Source: Octopus vulgaris (lineage: Eukaryota). Taken from it: a stretch of DNA of 64,000 nt. Positions 63,131 through 64,000 of this stretch are shown in pieces; positions within the stretch are counted from its first letter, which is position 1, and each line of letters begins with the position of its first letter. The notes under the pieces were generated by a model. That model made no database searches. It saw only the letters and a program-made list of their open reading frames with translations, and was not told where the DNA came from. Location: assembly GCA_951406725.2 (NCBI GenBank), contig OX597817.1:159650001-159714000 (forward strand), read 5' to 3'. The translations under genes were made by a program, and so were the position numbers.

Positions 63131-64000
63131 AGGAACACAGGTACACTCACAGGCAAGGAACACAGGTACAAGATTTTCTGGGCAGGGAACATTGACGGGG
63201 TCGGGGGCGTGGGTATACTTCTTGCGGAGAAATGGGTAGGTAAGGTAATCGAGGTAGTCAGAGTAAGTGACAGAGTAATTAAAATTAGATTAGTCCTACA
63301 CAATAGGACAGCTACCATCATCTCGGCATATGCCCCTCAACCAGGGCTACCGGAAGGACAAAAAGACCAATTCTATGACACCCTATTGCGGACTACCTCG
63401 TTGACAAATGACATTGACCTTCTCTTCGTGGCAGGTGATTTCAATGGACATGTCGGGGGCTTCCAAGGCGTCCATGGAGGCTATGGTTTTGGCTCTCGTA
63501 ATGAGGAGGGAACCAGGCTGCTGGAGTTCTGCGATGCAAATGACCTTATGGTCTGCAATACCAACTTCAGGAAACCCACCTCTCACCTAGTCACCTACCG
63601 TTCTGGCAGACACACCAGCCAGATTGACTACATCCTTGCCAGAAAAAGGGAAAGAGGGCTGATTATAAATGCCAAAACCTTTCCAGGCGAAGAATGTACT
63701 CCTCAACATAGATTAGTGGTTAGCGACTTCAGGATCAGAGCTAAATGGTTCCCAAAAGAAGACCAGCTTGGAGGAGAAGGATCTGGAAGCTTAAAGATCC
63801 TGCAAATGGACAGAGATTTAGAGACATACTACTCGAAGCCTTTGACGAAATAGAAGGGGATATAGCTTCACTTAATGTGGAAGACAACTGGAGATCCCTA
63901 CGAGACAATCTGCTGACAGCCACTGAACAGATCTGTGGATGGAGCAAAGTACCATCTCGACCCAGAGTAACATGGTGGTGGAACACCGTGGTTGACAGGG
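63131..64000 (+). pseudogene. RTE LINE APE endonuclease region (young; frameshift near 63749; continues beyond the window)
   Basis: GVGILLAEKW, ISAYAPQ, VAGDFNGHVG, YGFGSRNEEG, NTNFRK, SQIDYIL, QHRLVV; after the frameshift RRIWKLKD...TWWWN. Confidence 0.92.

Noticed and set aside
62849-63853. 334-aa ORF as a SINE-LINE fusion protein
   Set aside because: The N-terminus is chance read-through of an antisense SINE and (CA)/(TA) microsatellites from a TTG start. Only the part from ~63131 is real (RTE endonuclease).

Overview
AT-rich eukaryotic, non-coding and repeat-dominated DNA. The SINE/LINE repertoire and the (TA)n/(CA)n/(GAT)n microsatellites look like an Octopus (coleoid cephalopod) genome; this is pattern recognition, not a database match. 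I found no intact host protein-coding gene. Nearly all ORFs in the track are repeat-derived or spurious. Identifiable content: (1) DNA transposon fossils: two mariners, one Tc1, a maT-like copy, a DD41D copy, two pogo/Tigger relics, piggyBac-type MITEs and TA-flanked MITEs; (2) an internally deleted Gypsy LTR element with both LTRs and a TSD; (3) many RTE LINE pieces, two of them young with only one frameshift each, plus R4/Dong, CRE-like, CR1-like and Penelope relics; (4) six non-autonomous Helitron copies; (5) many tRNA-derived SINEs with swapped tails. The most striking object is at 41953-42323: a tRNA-headed SINE whose tail carries a hammerhead ribozyme, with an inverted second copy of the tail and a ~12-bp TSD. 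This is the architecture expected of a SINE mobilised by Penelope-like elements. A CpG-retaining domain (~50.7-59 kb) contains a candidate minus-strand first exon, so much of the window may be one large intron.
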